Source: Adineta vaga (lineage: Eukaryota > Animalia > Rotifera). Taken from it: a stretch of DNA of 64,000 bases. Position numbers and translations under genes: made by a program. Every line of letters begins with the position of its first letter. Positions within the stretch are counted from its first letter, which is position 1. Shown here one piece after another: positions 14,283 to 27,173 of the stretch. The notes below the pieces were generated by a model, which was given only the letters and a program-made list of their open reading frames with translations, did no database searches and was not told the origin of the DNA. The DNA is taken from NCBI GenBank assembly GCA_021613535.1, contig CP075492.1:8261653-8325652 (forward strand), written 5' to 3'.

Positions 14283-15179
14283 TTGATTTTAGTCATTGTT
14301 TTGACCTGCTTTGTTTTTTTCCTCTTAGGATAATATATGATAGACAAACCTTTAAACATTGTTATAGTATGTTTTCTATTGCAATGTATCCAGAAATGTA
14401 ATAAATGATAAAAAAACAAAAGAATGTGAAAAGAAGCAAACAATAATTTGTAATTGATGAATATATGATTGAATCATTATAAACTGAGTACATCGTATGA
14501 AGGTTCGATATGATGAGTCATTTGAAAATATACAATTTAATTCATGACGTAGTGTTTCAACAAAGTTAGAATCTCACCAGATTCCGTATTCAATGCTTTG
14601 TTTTATTAAACTGAAAAAAATGAATTTAATGATCGTATAATTCGTACTTTTAGGTAGATTAGTTCTTTTAGTAAAAACATTATTTTTCGACGTGTATTTT
14701 ACCCATTCGCTTAACACCAATCGTACCTTATCTTCGTTTTTTTTGTCAAGATTTATTACGTATCTAGTTCTTTTCTGTATCAGTCGCATATATTTCATTT
14801 GATTTATATTTGTTTTCTAATCTTAGAAACTCTTCCACACATTTCACGCATGATTTCTATTTTGATAATATGATAAGTAATAGCTTTTCGTATTTTGTTC
14901 GTTTAATGCTCTGTTTTCTTTGATGCTCTATACCCTAGATGTTTAATCACGTGGTTTTACGTTGTCGAAAATAGAAGAACGACAAACATCCATTTCGATG
15001 GTATATAAAGGAATACAAAATACGTGTGCGTTTCTTCTTCTTTTCCATTTCTTTCTCTTGTTCGTTGTTTTTGCTAGCAAAGTATGAAAGCATAGTTTTT
15101 TTCTTTTCATTGTTTATTATAGAACATTTGAGTACATTACTCTATCGTTTAGATTCTAACTAAAACTTTCGATTAAATT

Positions 15180-18100
15180 ATGTCGAAACCATCGACTAAA
15201 GTTCCACTAACAGATAAAGATCGTCGTAAACAGATCTCTATTCGTGGTTTACCATTACTTGAAAATGTTGCATCTGTGAAAAAAACTTTTAATCGTCATT
15301 TACATTTTACAATTGTTAAAGATCGAAATGTTGCTACCAATCGAGATTATTTTTTATCAACAGCTTATACTGTTCGCGATCATCTTGTTGGTCGATGGAT
15401 TCGTACTCAACAACATTATTATGATACTGATCCCAAACGAGTTTATTATTTATCATTAGAATATTACATGGGACGATCATTATCGAATATGATGATCAAT
15501 TTGGGTATTGAATCGGAATTAGATGAATCTTTATATGAGGTAAAATGAAATGAAATCTATTATTCTTTAATTGTATTTTAATATAAATTTCGTTGATTTA
15601 GCTTGGATTATCTATTGAAGAATTAGAAGAATTCGAAGAAGATGCTGGATTAGGTAATGGTGGTCTTGGTCGACTTGCTGCTTGTTTTCTTGATTCTATG
15701 GCAACACTTGGTCTGGCTGGTTATGGCTATGGATTACGATATGAATTCGGTATTTTTCAACAAACAATCAAAGATGGTTTTCAATGTGAAGAACCTGATG
15801 ATTGGTAAGATTAAGGTATATAAAAAAGTTCTTTCTATTTCTCTGAGACCTATATTTAGGTTACGTTATGGAAATCCATGGGAAATACCACGACCAGAAT
15901 ATCAAATTCCTGTTAATCTTTATGGTCATGTTATTCAACAAAATGGAAAATCAAAATGGGTTGATACCAAAGTGATTATGGCTATGCCTTATGATACTCC
16001 CGTTCCAGGTTTTAATAACAACGTTCGTACTACGATTTCAAATAACGACATATAACTTTTCTGAATCTTTTAGGTTGTTAATACACTTCGATTATGGAGT
16101 GCTAAAGCACCACAAAAGTTTAACTTTCAATTTTGTACGTTACTTTTTATTTTCTCGTTTGTCGTCGTTGAACTATTCTTGTATCTTTAGTTAATGATGG
16201 AGAGTATTTAAATGCAGTCAGCGAACAAAGTTTAGCTGAAAATGTCACTCGCGTATTATATCCGAATGATAATGTAAGTGTATAATTTTCTTTTTGCTTG
16301 TGCAAAATATGTGGATGTTTCTTAATAGTATATGCAAGGTAAAGAACTTCGTCTTAAACAAGAATATTTTCTTGTTGCTGCAACACTTTCGGATATTATT
16401 CGACGATATAAACATTCGAAATTTGGTGTTCCTAATGCAACACGAGACGACTTTAATACTTTTCCGGATAAGGTAAGACAAAAACGTTCATATCTGTTGT
16501 CTATTAATCATGATAACACATAATCGTTCTATTTCAAGGTTGCTATTCAACTGAATGACACTCATCCAGCATTAACTGTCGCTGAATTAATGCGTTTATT
16601 AGTCGATATTGAAGGTTTAGAATGGAATGCTGCATGGGATGTAACAACACGTGCATGTGCTTATACCAATCATACATTGATGCCGGAAGCTGTCGAACGT
16701 TGGTCAGTTGGTTTATTAGAACATGTTTTACCACGACATTTACAAATTATTTACGAAATCAATTTACGTCATCTTCAAGTAAAAGAATTCTTCATTTTTG
16801 TTGCATAGAAACATTTTCCTTTAGGAAGTTGCTGCTCGTTATCCTGGTGATGATAATCGTATTCGTGATTTATCAATTGTTGAAGAAGGTGGAGAAAAAC
16901 GCATTAATATGGCTTATTTAGCTATTGTGGTTCGTAATGAAAATGAACCTGAACTATTTGAAGATAAAATTTTGTTAATAAAATATTATAGGGTTCACAT
17001 GCAGTTAATGGTGTTGCAGAAATTCATTCTGAACTTTTAAAAACAACTCTGTAAGAGAATAAATCATTTCTTTAAGAATATCTATTTCATTCTATTTATT
17101 TAATTTTAGTTTTAAATCCTTTTATGAATTAACTCCTGAGAAATTTCAAAATAAAACTAATGGTATTACACCTCGTCGTTGGTTAGTTCTCAGTAATCCA
17201 AATTTAAGTGATGCTATTGCTGAAGTAATGAATATTATCTTTATCAATCATTTTCTTATTTATTCTTGTCTAGAAAATTGGTGAAGAATGGATTACAAAA
17301 CTTGATGAACTTAAACGTTTAAGAGAGTTTGTTAATAATGAAGCATTTGTACGTGATATTCAACAAGTCAAACAAGAAAATAAACATCGATTAGCAGAAT
17401 GGCTTTTGAAAACTCAACATCAACAAATTAATCCAATGTCAATCTATGATATGCAAGTTAAACGTATTCATGAATATAAACGACAGTTATTAAATGTTTT
17501 ACATATTATTACATCATACAATCGTATTAAAGCACATCCAGATGGAAAATTTGTTCCACGTACAGTGATGATTGGTGGAAAGGTTTGATTGAAATGAGTT
17601 TGAATAAAAGATTAATATGTCATTTTTTCCCATAGGCTGCACCAGGTTATCATATGGCTAAGAAGATTATTAAATTGGTAATAAATGAGACATATGAAAC
17701 AATTCATGTCTATTTTCTTTCTTTCTTTCTTTTTTTGTTAGGTTAATAGTGTTGGTAAAGTAGTAAACAATGATCCAGTTATTGGTGATCGTCTTAAAGT
17801 TGTCTTTCTTGAAAATGTGAGTCTTCATTCGATGAAATGAAATTCATAAATGAATATCTTTTAGTATCGTGTAACCATGGCTGAACAAATCATACCTGCT
17901 GCTGATTTATCTGAACAGATTTCGCTGGCTGGTATGGAAGCAAGTGGTACATCGAATATGAAATTTATGTTAAATGGTGCTTTAACAATATGCACATTAG
18001 ATGGTGCGAATGTTGAAATGGCAGAAGAAGTTGGTAATGAAAATATTTTTGTCTTTGGTATGACTGTTGATGAAGTTGAAAAACGTAAACAAGCAGGGTA

Positions 18101-18693
18101 TGTAAAAAAAAGAACATATTGACGACAAAGATTCGAATTTGTGTTATGTTTAGATATCGTTCAAGAGAATTCTATGAAAAAAATGCTGAACTCAAACAAG
18201 CTCTTGATCAAATTCGTGATGGATTCTTCTCACCAGAAAATCCTGAATTATTTCATGATGTTGTTGATAGTTTATTAAATGATCATGGTGATAAGTAAGT
18301 TTTATTTTTGATTCGAAGACAAATCAATTAAATGTTTCCATTCTTTTAGTTATATGCTTTTAGCTGATTATGAAAGTTATATTAAATGTCAAGAGAGAGT
18401 TAGCGAACTTTTTAAAGTGAGTTTATTTGAAAGAATTTTCGTTTTTTTTTTAAATTTCTCAAGCGTTTGTTTAGGATCCAATTGCTTGGACAAAGAAATG
18501 TATTTTAAATATTGCTGCATCGGGTAAATTTTCTAGCGATCGTACAATTGCTGAATATGCTCGTGAAATTTGGGGTGTTACGCCAACACTTCAGCCCTTA
18601 CCTCATCCACATGAAGGTCGTCCAGGAACGAAAAATGAAGGTGAAGCAACTCATGGTTCATCAGCTTCACTTCATGATCAAGGAAAAAAATAG
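15180..18693 (+). CDS. PYG: Glycogen phosphorylase, with about 17 short exons. Exon 1 is 15180-15542 and the PLP-lysine exon is 17877-18100.
   Basis: The N-terminal exon translates to [44 protein letters not shown]...[33 protein letters not shown], nearly identical to muscle phosphorylase. A later exon [41 protein letters not shown] contains the pyridoxal-phosphate lysine motif. The C-terminus is [13 protein letters not shown]. Confidence 0.95.
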
Positions 18694-18809
18694 GACTCGA
18701 ATTTTGATTTATTCTTTTTCTTTATCTATGACGTAGGAAAATAGTTGATATGGTTCCAGTAGTGTCAGTTTTCTTTTTCTTTTTATAGAAATCATTTTAT
18801 CACATCTTT

Positions 18810-19013
18810 TCAAAAAAATAAAGTTTCATATGCCGGTGGAAAATCTTCTTCATTGGATGATAATCGAATAATTCGAAGATAATTTTCTTGATTTTGTCGT
18901 TTTCGTCGTTGAAGTATAGAATTACGAATACATTCGATAATATAAGCGAAAATAAATGATAGAATAGGTATAATTACCAATGGATATACCAAAATAATCA
19001 TACCATCGAACAT
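18810..19013 (-). CDS. Possible 67-aa single-pass membrane micro-protein with a C-terminal PPxY (WW-domain binding) motif. It lies between the 3' ends of the two convergent neighbouring genes.
   Basis: The ORF is MFDGMIILVYPLVIIPILSFIFAYIIECIRNSILQRRKRQ...EEDFPPAYETLFF. It has a hydrophobic helix followed by a basic stretch and a PPAY motif. This is an ORF-only call with no homolog support. Confidence 0.2.
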   Translation of the reverse strand: MFDGMIILVYPLVIIPILSFIFAYIIECIRNSILQRRKRQNQENYLRIIRLSSNEEDFPPAYETLFF

Positions 19014-19383
19014 AATTCATAAGCAAATCAATGATTGCCGACAAAATAAAAGTTGATTTGTTTTATTCTCTTTCTTTCGTTTTTGATTATCTTTCATGAT
19101 TATTCAAATACATTCACCAAGAGACTTGACATGTGTTTCCTTTCATTTTTGATAGAGTGTTTCTCTATCCGCTCTATGAATTATTAAATAAAAAGATTCT
19201 TGATAGAAGACAATCTTAAATAAAGTCTACCAATATACATTTCTCTACCATAATAGTCGATTTGAAATTAGGAACAGATATATTAATAACATCACTAGCG
19301 AATATTCTTTCTTTTATTAATAGCTTCGCATTCTCGGTTATAAAAATAACTTTTCATCTTATATCGATAAAAACAACAATATT

Positions 19384-20148
19384 AAGATGTTTCCATTCGT
19401 TTCCATTCTTCAAGTACATCAGCTTTGCCTCCTCTGGTATGTGAAAAATAATCCAATTTTTCTATTTCGCCACCACGAATAGATTCAGCTAATTTTTTCA
19501 ATGATTGATAATAATCTTTTTGTCCAAATAACCACATACATTTACCAGCTTTATACAAACGTACAGGCCAATACGACCATTTTTGTTTATTATCAAGTGA
19601 ATGAAAATACTCATGATTATCAATATCCTTAAAAAATTAATCATGAATTTAATTTCAAATTAAGATATTAACATACCCATCCCCAACTGGTCACCATCAT
19701 ACGAACACCATGTCGAAGTTTAGCAATAAATTGTTCATCCTGTTTTAATTCAGCTAATACATTTGGAGGTAATTGATAGGCTTTACCTCGACTACTGATT
19801 TCATCAACTAAAAATAGATATTTCTGTCTGATAATATTTCGTAGAAGAAATATTCGAACTAGATAACTTACTAGGAAACATCCACCAATCATAGTGATGA
19901 TGATGAAAAGCCAGCCAATCTCGTTCTTTATACCAGTCTTCGAATTCTTTCATTTGTTTGTTGAAATATTCGAGAAGTTTTTCTTTGCCAACGAATTCAT
20001 CGTCACTATCACCATTACTAGTATCTCTTCCTCTTCCTTTGTCGTCTTTATGTTCTCCGACATTTGTTAATTCACCTGTTTGTCTATTGAAATTTCTATT
20101 GATATTAGACGCCTGACTCATCTTCAAAAGTTCATATTTAGAAATCAA
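19384..20148 (-). CDS. OGFR (opioid growth factor receptor) N-terminal-domain-like protein. Three exons, approximately 19873-20148, 19680-19806 and 19384-19632.
   Basis: The translation EKLLEYFNKQMKEFEDWYKERDWLAFHHHHYDWWMFP resembles the OGFr_N motif (human ...NYDLLEDNHSYIQWLFPL). The exons join through GT/AG junctions (...VTSWGW|gt, ...ttttag|VDEISS). The family assignment is from memory and only moderately confident. Confidence 0.4.
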
Positions 20149-20356
20149 TTAGTATACTTAGAAAATATATGAAGAAAAAAAAAACGAATTTTTTAATATC
20201 TGACTTTAGTTTTTATCTACATCAATAATAGTTCAACGGAAAAAAATATGCTTTGTTATATAAAAAAGAAAAGAAAAGAAAGAAACGAAGAAAACCCTTT
20301 GTTCGCCTAATCATAAATAACACGTATTCGTTTGTAATTTAGACTAGAGCAGATTA

Positions 20357-21491
20357 AAATGTATCTAAAGAATTATCATCAATCATTCCCATTGATGTTG
20401 TTGACGGATCAGATGTTGGATGATTGATATTTGTAGTTTGTGAGTATCCCTAGAAGAAGAAATGTTTTCTTTTTCAAAGATTAGTTTTTATTTTACTTAC
20501 AAGTGAATAATTCGTCCATACGGATCCACTTGGTGTATTGGGATCAGAACTTGGTCCTGCGTCTAGTCAAAATCATTAAATAGATAAGCAAAATAACTAT
20601 TTTCACTTACGACGAGTTGATTGAAATGGATTTGATGGAGATGATTGATAAATTAATTGACTGGTTGGTTGCATACTCATTTGATAATTCATATTCAATG
20701 GATAATTAACTCCAAGAGATTGACATTGTGCAAGTTGTTGAGTAATACCCATCAAACCACCTTCTTCAACGCTTGCTACCAACCAAATTGGATCTAGAAA
20801 AACAAGTTTCATATAAAATATAAGTAAACAATACGATAACTAACCTCCAAATGGTACACCAGCTGAAGTAAATAGTCGCCATTGTGATCGAATAATTCGT
20901 GTTCCATTTGGACTTGTTATATGAGCAGAAATATTTGTTTGTTCACCCGGTGATAGAGAACCAACATAAACTTCATCTCGTTCATGAAATCGATCACCAT
21001 TAACAAATCGTAAGGAACAACCACTTGGCCATCGTTCCGTCCCTATCAAAGAAACATGTCTTATTTTGTATGAAATACAAACATGAAATTCTACCAGAAT
21101 TTTCAACACGCCAAGTTTTAATAAATTTTGTATTTGGTGGAATAGCTTCACCATCACCTATGGTAACATCGGCAATAAATTTCATTTGAGGAATTTTATC
21201 TGTTGGCATTTCAGCATCATAATAAGCAAGAATTGCTTCATTTAAATTCCTACGGTAAAAGATTCATTTGATAAATAAAGAAAATTATTCTTTGAATCAT
21301 ATTTACCAATTGCTTAATTCGAGAAAAAAAGTGCAACCCTCATTGGTTAACATTGCATTGGTTGTCGAACGAAATTGTGCAATTAAATCTTCTCGATTAT
21401 TTGTTGTTATTGATCGCAATCGTCCCATTAAATCTTCATCTAAATGTGACATGCCAATTGTTGATGGTAACATTTCCGAATCAATATCCAT
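20357..21491 (-). CDS. ILRUN: ILRUN (C6orf106) homolog, with an N-terminal UBA-like domain followed by an NBR1-like (FW) domain. About 5 exons.
   Basis: Exon 1 MDIDSEMLPS...LIAQFRSTTNAMLTNEGCTFFLELSNW matches the ILRUN UBA-like N-terminus. The next exons give KFIADVTIGDGEAIPPNTKFIKTWRVENSG and ERWPSGCSLRFVNGDRFHERDEVYVGSLSPGEQTNISAHITSPNGTRIIRSQWRLFTSAGVPFG, and then DPIWLVASVEEGGLMGITQQL. This is collinear with human ILRUN, which I recall as FVEDVTIGEGESIPPDTQFVKTWRIQNSGAEAWPPGVCLKYVGGDQF...QGQWRMCTATGLYYGDVIWVILSVEVGGLLGVTQQL. Confidence 0.85.
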
Positions 21492-21694
21492 TTAATATAA
21501 TCTAAAACTCAAAATTTATTGACAATGTTTTCTCAATCAACAAAAAAACAAATAAACGTATACAATGTAATTTACATAATCACACGTTCGTATCGATATG
21601 AATATTTCTTTTGTTTCATCCATATAAAACATAAACGTAGAAAAGAAAAGTAACTTATAACAAAAGCGAACACGGTCATAGAGTTCGATATAGT

Positions 21695-21877
21695 TTACTG
21701 CACGAAAACGTCCGTCAGACTTGGCATGGCTGATTGAAGAATATTATGAACATGAAATGGAATAAAAACAATGGCAGAATAAGTAACGAGTGAAATAACA
21801 AGAAGAAAAATACTAATCATTAAACATCGTTCCCATGGTTCCATAACATAAAGTGTTGTTACTAATAGAAATTGCAT
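21695..21877 (-). CDS. SPTSSA: Small subunit of serine palmitoyltransferase (ssSPT/SPTSSA-like), paralog A. A further 5' coding segment may be spliced in at an AG acceptor near 21935.
   Basis: MQFLLVTTLYVMEPWERCLMISIFLLVISLVTYSAIVFIPFHVHNILQ matches human SPTSSA, which I recall as YYQYLLVTALYMLEPWERTVFNSMLVSIVGMALYTGYVFMPQHIMAIL. Confidence 0.7.
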   Translation of the reverse strand: MQFLLVTTLYVMEPWERCLMISIFLLVISLVTYSAIVFIPFHVHNILQSAMPSLTDVFVQ

Positions 21878-22791
21878 ATAAAGACGTTCAACTGTTTCAA
21901 CTAATGAATGATGCCATTGCCGTTCGGTTTTGTTCTACATAGAGAAAAAAAACAAGAAAGATGAGAAGGATTCTAAAGGGTATCTTGACATGGTTTATTG
22001 TTTTAAATCAAATTAGTTAGGTTTTTTAACATTGATTCATGCGAGATATATTACCGATAGGTGATCATTATTTGCCATTAAGGAGTCTAAATATGATGTA
22101 CGAATCATAGTATTCGTCGTTGTTAGTCTAAGTATGTAAGTAGTCTGTTTATCGTAATATGGTCTATTGCTCCGGTAATATATATATATACAGCACAGGG
22201 TGTAGTAAAAATGTGAATATGAAAAAAGGCAACCAGAGCAAATAACGAAGTCGAAAAAGCAGATCGTGTATACGTGTGAAGTGAAAATGGAAAGAAATCT
22301 GATCGTTGTCAAAAGTATGGAAAAGAATAAGAGCAATTTGTCAAGTAAGTTTGAGCAAAATCAAGGAGGTATGGCTGAGACTAAAAACGCATAGTTTTTC
22401 ATTCATATGTACAAAAAATCAAGGTAGAATGGGACGTAAAACAGCGAAAGGATAATGATAATGATGTATTATACTTATATTTAACGAGTGACAAGGAAAA
22501 GAAAAGAGACTATTATTGATGTATAGTAAACAATAGTAGATAAAATATCCTACTATCAGTGAATAGAACAGAAATTTAGTAACAGATGAATGAATAATAA
22601 TAAAAGAACGATGATACATTATTATTAAAAAGAAATATCGATAAACCTGAATATTTTCTCTTTCTTTATTTTAATCTCAACGAGGTATAAAGCAATAGAT
22701 AAATGTGTAAGTGAGTCATTAGAAATACATGTCATATATTCATTTAGGAAAAGAAAAGACCCCATTGATTCCAATCCATACTTGTATTTGG

Positions 22792-23013
22792 TTATGAATA
22801 CAAATCCATCATTGAACGAAGATGATGAGGTAGAAAAACCCAAGCTGAATAAATAGCTGTGGATATGATTGCGACAAGTAATGCTGAGAATAATGCACGT
22901 TCCCATGGTTCCAACATATACAATGCCGTATTAAGTAAATATTGTAAATAAAGCCAATGAACGAATTTAAAAAATCGACGTATTGTCGAAAGCATAGTGA
23001 TAATATTATTCAC
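22792..23013 (-). CDS. SPTSSA: Small subunit of serine palmitoyltransferase (ssSPT/SPTSSA-like), paralog B. It sits about 1 kb from paralog A in the same orientation.
   Basis: MNNIITMLSTIRRFFKFVHWLYLQYLLNTALYMLEPWERALFSALLVAIISTAIYSAWVFLPHHLRSMMDLYS. The full YLLxTALYMLEPWER core and two transmembrane helices are present. Confidence 0.75.
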   Translation of the reverse strand: MNNIITMLSTIRRFFKFVHWLYLQYLLNTALYMLEPWERALFSALLVAIISTAIYSAWVFLPHHLRSMMDLYS

Positions 23014-23619
23014 TCTTGATAAAAATACTGTTTGTCTAGAATAAGAAAAGAAGACAATCTTATTTCGTTGTATTTAAAAGGATAGAACTACGCAAATTAA
23101 AATGTAAAAAAAACGCTAGACAAACACAACATCATCTATGGTATAGTCAGTAAATACAGTGGGCAAAAGAAAGAAATAGAAGAACAAAAAATTCATTATG
23201 ATTAGATGACGGACAAGTACTAAACAAATATAAAGTGGTTTTTAAGAATTGATATCAAAATCAAATTCTTAGACGAGGAAAAACTATTGATAAATCGTAA
23301 TCAAACATTATCGAATGGAAATATTATTTCAATTGAGAAATAGAACAATAGATAAGAGTGACATCTTCTGAACAGAATCTTTCAAGCTCAAACTCTCTGT
23401 AAATTGTGCTGTATGGTATATGGAAATATATCGTTTTCACTACGATTAACGAAGAAAATTCTTCAAAGAATTTGTTTATAGCATTAAGAAAAAAAGGTGT
23501 TTAGTTATAAATTTATTAAATTTTGACACAAATACGAAACGCACAATAAACACAAATTTTTAATTGAGAAGAAAAAACCCGCTAAGCGACAAAACAATGA
23601 TTTTTTTATCAATTAAACT

Positions 23620-26600
23620 GGAATCGCATTCATTGATGTGGCAACTTCTTGTTGTCGACGAACCAAATTCTGAAATACAATCAAATTTGAATTCGTTTAT
23701 TTCTATTTATTAATAATGAAAAAGTTATACGAACTTCTTTAATTGCTGTTAATTGTTGAAGAATATGTTGCTGTTGAGATGGAGGCACATGATAAGGCGG
23801 TGCTTGCACATTGACATTGGATCGTCGTTGATGATCATCATACGTATATGTTGTAGGCTATAATTAGAAGACTTTATTCGATTGATTTTTCTTTTTATAG
23901 ACATACTTTTGATCGTTGAACATGAGCTGAAGATTCACGTGATTGTGGAAGAGGTGAAAATGCTCTCGCTGGATCAAGTATTTCATCTGATCTTGTATAT
24001 GGTATAAAATGTTCGTATTTATCTAATGATGACATATTACGAAAAGTTGGTTCACCATCTGTATTTGGCATAACAAATGTTTTTTCTTTATTTTGTCCTT
24101 TTGAGGAATCTACGTCGTGCTTTTGTGATTGTTGTTGATTATGTTTCGAAATAATCGAACGTGGTTGATTATTTGTCGTTACTTTAGTTTCTTTTCGTTG
24201 ATGTTGTAATTCACTATCACTATTCCATCGATTATATGCTGCTCTTTTTCGTGTAGCATCATTATGATCTACTGTTGGTCGTTCATTAGTAGGTTGTTTT
24301 GTATGTTGACGTTTTTCATAATTTGGATCACGTTTTGAATTTGGTACATATTCACGATGGGCACCATTTTGATAATTCCATAAAGGTCGATGAACAAGAT
24401 CATGTACACCATATTGATTACGATGAGTATTTTCATCCCGAGAATTATTATTCGAATGTGTTGTTGTAACAGATGAACGTCGTTGACGTTGATTATCTTC
24501 ATTAGAACGAATGCGAACATTCTTTTTATTTTGTTTAACATCACGAATAAGATGATTAGGAACTTGAGGAGGAAGATCAGATTCTTCTCGTGTATAATGA
24601 AACATTCGATTTTGAGGAATCATTCGAAGATCAGTTTGTACACCATTGTCACTAGATGATAAAATTCTTTTTTACTAAAAGTTTCGAAAACAAAAGCTAA
24701 AAAGTTTACCTTCGAAATGTTGAATCAATTGTATTAACAGCTTCATCTCGACGTATGTCAGTAGTTCGATACGATTGTTGGTATTCATTAACAGTATTTA
24801 AATGTAATGGTTCAACTTTTGTTGTTGATGTTGCTGCTGCTGCTGCTGTAGTTTTCTTTGGTGAGGTATCTTGAAACTTTTCCGTTGTTCTTTGAGTTGA
24901 TTGTGGAATAGGTGTTTTCATTTCTAAGGAGATAATGCAAATGGATCATGGAAAGATAATCTAATCTGATGAACAAACTACCTGGTAATGTTTTTGCTAA
25001 TAAATCTGTTTTATGTCCATTTCGTTTTAATTTTTCAATCAATTGTTGTTTCTTTTCATATTTTGCTAATTCAGCTGCTTCAACTATTTTCTCATAAGTT
25101 TGCTGAACTATTGCATCATGTTGACGAGATTTACTCGATTCTTGCCCAGTGGTATTAGTTGTTGGAGCATTCTTCGTTGGTATTGGTGATGGATCTTTCT
25201 GCTGTTGTGGAACATGACGATTAGCAGCTTCTTGTACAATAGGATGAACATTTTCATGTAGAAAATCTTGTCGACGTTCAGTTTCTTGTTGAGTGAATTT
25301 GTTTCGTTTATTATCTTCAATTTGCTTTTGTAAATCATCTAACCACTGTCGTCGTTCCATTTCTTTGGCGACTTTGACATCGTCTTCAAAACGAACATTG
25401 CCAAGTAAAAGATTCGTACGCATAGCTGCAGGCACATGTGTCTGATCATTGATAACAATATTAGATGTCACCGAAGAAGGATCAGGTGCGCGATATTGAA
25501 TAACACTATTCGATGCTGGTTGCTAAAAATAAAGCGTAAAAATTCAATAAATTGATGAAAAACAAAAGATTAATGCAATATACTGAGATTCTTTGTTCAA
25601 TTTCGTTCGCATTTGGAGCACCTGCACCTGGACGTCCGAAAGGATTCCATACAGGAGCTTTTTCCGCTATAAACAAAAAGATCATGCTAGAATAATTATT
25701 TGTATGAACTTACCATTTTCTTGTCTCCATTGTTGTTGTTTCTTTTCTATCAAACCTGTTTTGTAATAATCATTTTGTGAATTATCAAATTGTTTTCCGG
25801 TTGGTGGTATTGATGGTTGATTCGTTGATGAGTAATCTAAAGGAAATGCTAAACGTTCTAAATAAAGAAAGAAAATTCGATATCAATGTCTAGATGTCAT
25901 TTTTTACCTGGTGATGTAGAAGCTTTTTGATGAGCAGGAGTTAATTGATGTTTTAATTGATCATATTCAACTTCCAATCGCATTCGATCCATCTCAGCTA
26001 GAGAAAAGAAATCAAATAATAGAAAAATCGTTTCTCAAACACGTTCTTACCTCTTTCTCGCATCCATTTTCTACGTTTTTTATCAGCCATCATACCTAAT
26101 GCTTCGTCACGAGGTGAGATTTGACCTAAGGGTAGTACTGAAGACGGCTGTAGTGGTATATCTAATGGAGGAACAGGAATTGTTGATGAAACATCATTTG
26201 ATTGTTGTTGTGATGGTTCTGGTTGTGCCTGAATCGTTTGTGGTGGAGGTGGAGGTAGTGATATTTCTATATCATATATTCGAATATTTACATATTAGGT
26301 TCGATTTCAAATAGTACCTCTATGTTCTGATACTGCATTATTTGGAACTCTTGAAGTATCTTTTACTGCTTTGACAAGTTCTGCTATTTCTTCCATTGTC
26401 ATGAAAACACCAACTGAGGCATCGTTATCATTAACAACGATCTTGTGTGATTTTTTTGTTTGTTTATTCGTTACATTCTGTGGAGGAGGAGGAGGAGGAG
26501 GAAGAGGTTTTTGACTAGTTGACTTTGGCTTAGGTTGTACTGGAACACGCGTAGTATTTATTGCTCGACTATTACGTTTTCCTTTGATTTGTGGTTTTTC

Positions 26601-26826
26601 TTGAGGCTCTTCTGAAAAAGAAAAGAAAATTCTCTTCTACTACTGAATAGAAAAGAATTAATACAAACCAAATATTTCATCGAAATAAATTTGTGGTTTA
26701 CCATTGACCATTTGAGTACGAAAATGTGTCGTTCTATCTTCTGAAAAGGAACATTATGCAATTCAAACTTTTGATTCTTATGTATACATACCAATAGGAC
26801 CAGATTTAACAGCAGTTGCAGCAGCC
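23620..26826 (-). CDS. Large coiled-coil/low-complexity protein, possibly CCDC66-like. About 11 exons. Exon 1 (MAAATAVKSGPIG) is at about 26790-26826 and the last exon ends near 23622.
   Basis: Chained exons encode the polyproline stretch PLPPPPPPPQ, the coiled-coil segments AEMDRMRLEVEYDQLKHQL and LAKYEKKQQLIEKLKRNG, and the motif APVWNPFGRPGAGAPNANE, which resembles the conserved FGxxGxGAP core of the CCDC66 domain. Long basic/serine-rich tails follow. The family identity is tentative. Confidence 0.45.
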
Positions 26827-27173
26827 ATTTGTATGTTTTTGTAGTATCAGTTCAAAAGAAAAACTACATTCATTCACACAATTGTTATCGTTAGAATTAT
26901 TATTCTTGGCAGACATACATGCATGTTTTTTTTTCATTCTGTCATAACTGTTGAAATCAGACGTCTATCGCTTAACGGCGACCTTTGTGAAATGCATAAT
27001 GTAGTGCATAGGTATGCTATTACCTAGAAAGCTTTAACGATCAAATGATCGATCAATAGCATAGAATACTATTCAAGTATATTCATTTAATTCATATATT
27101 ATTGATTCTCCAAAAAATAAAGTGAAATCTGTTTGATATTTTTCCAGATCAACTAAATAGAAGTCAACGAACG

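Noticed and set aside
14495-14530. The T-loop-like string aggttcgatatgatg was checked as a possible tRNA fragment.
   Set aside because: There is no GGTTCGAnTCC consensus, and I could not fold an acceptor stem or anticodon arm from the flanking sequence. I could not support any tRNA gene in the window by eye.
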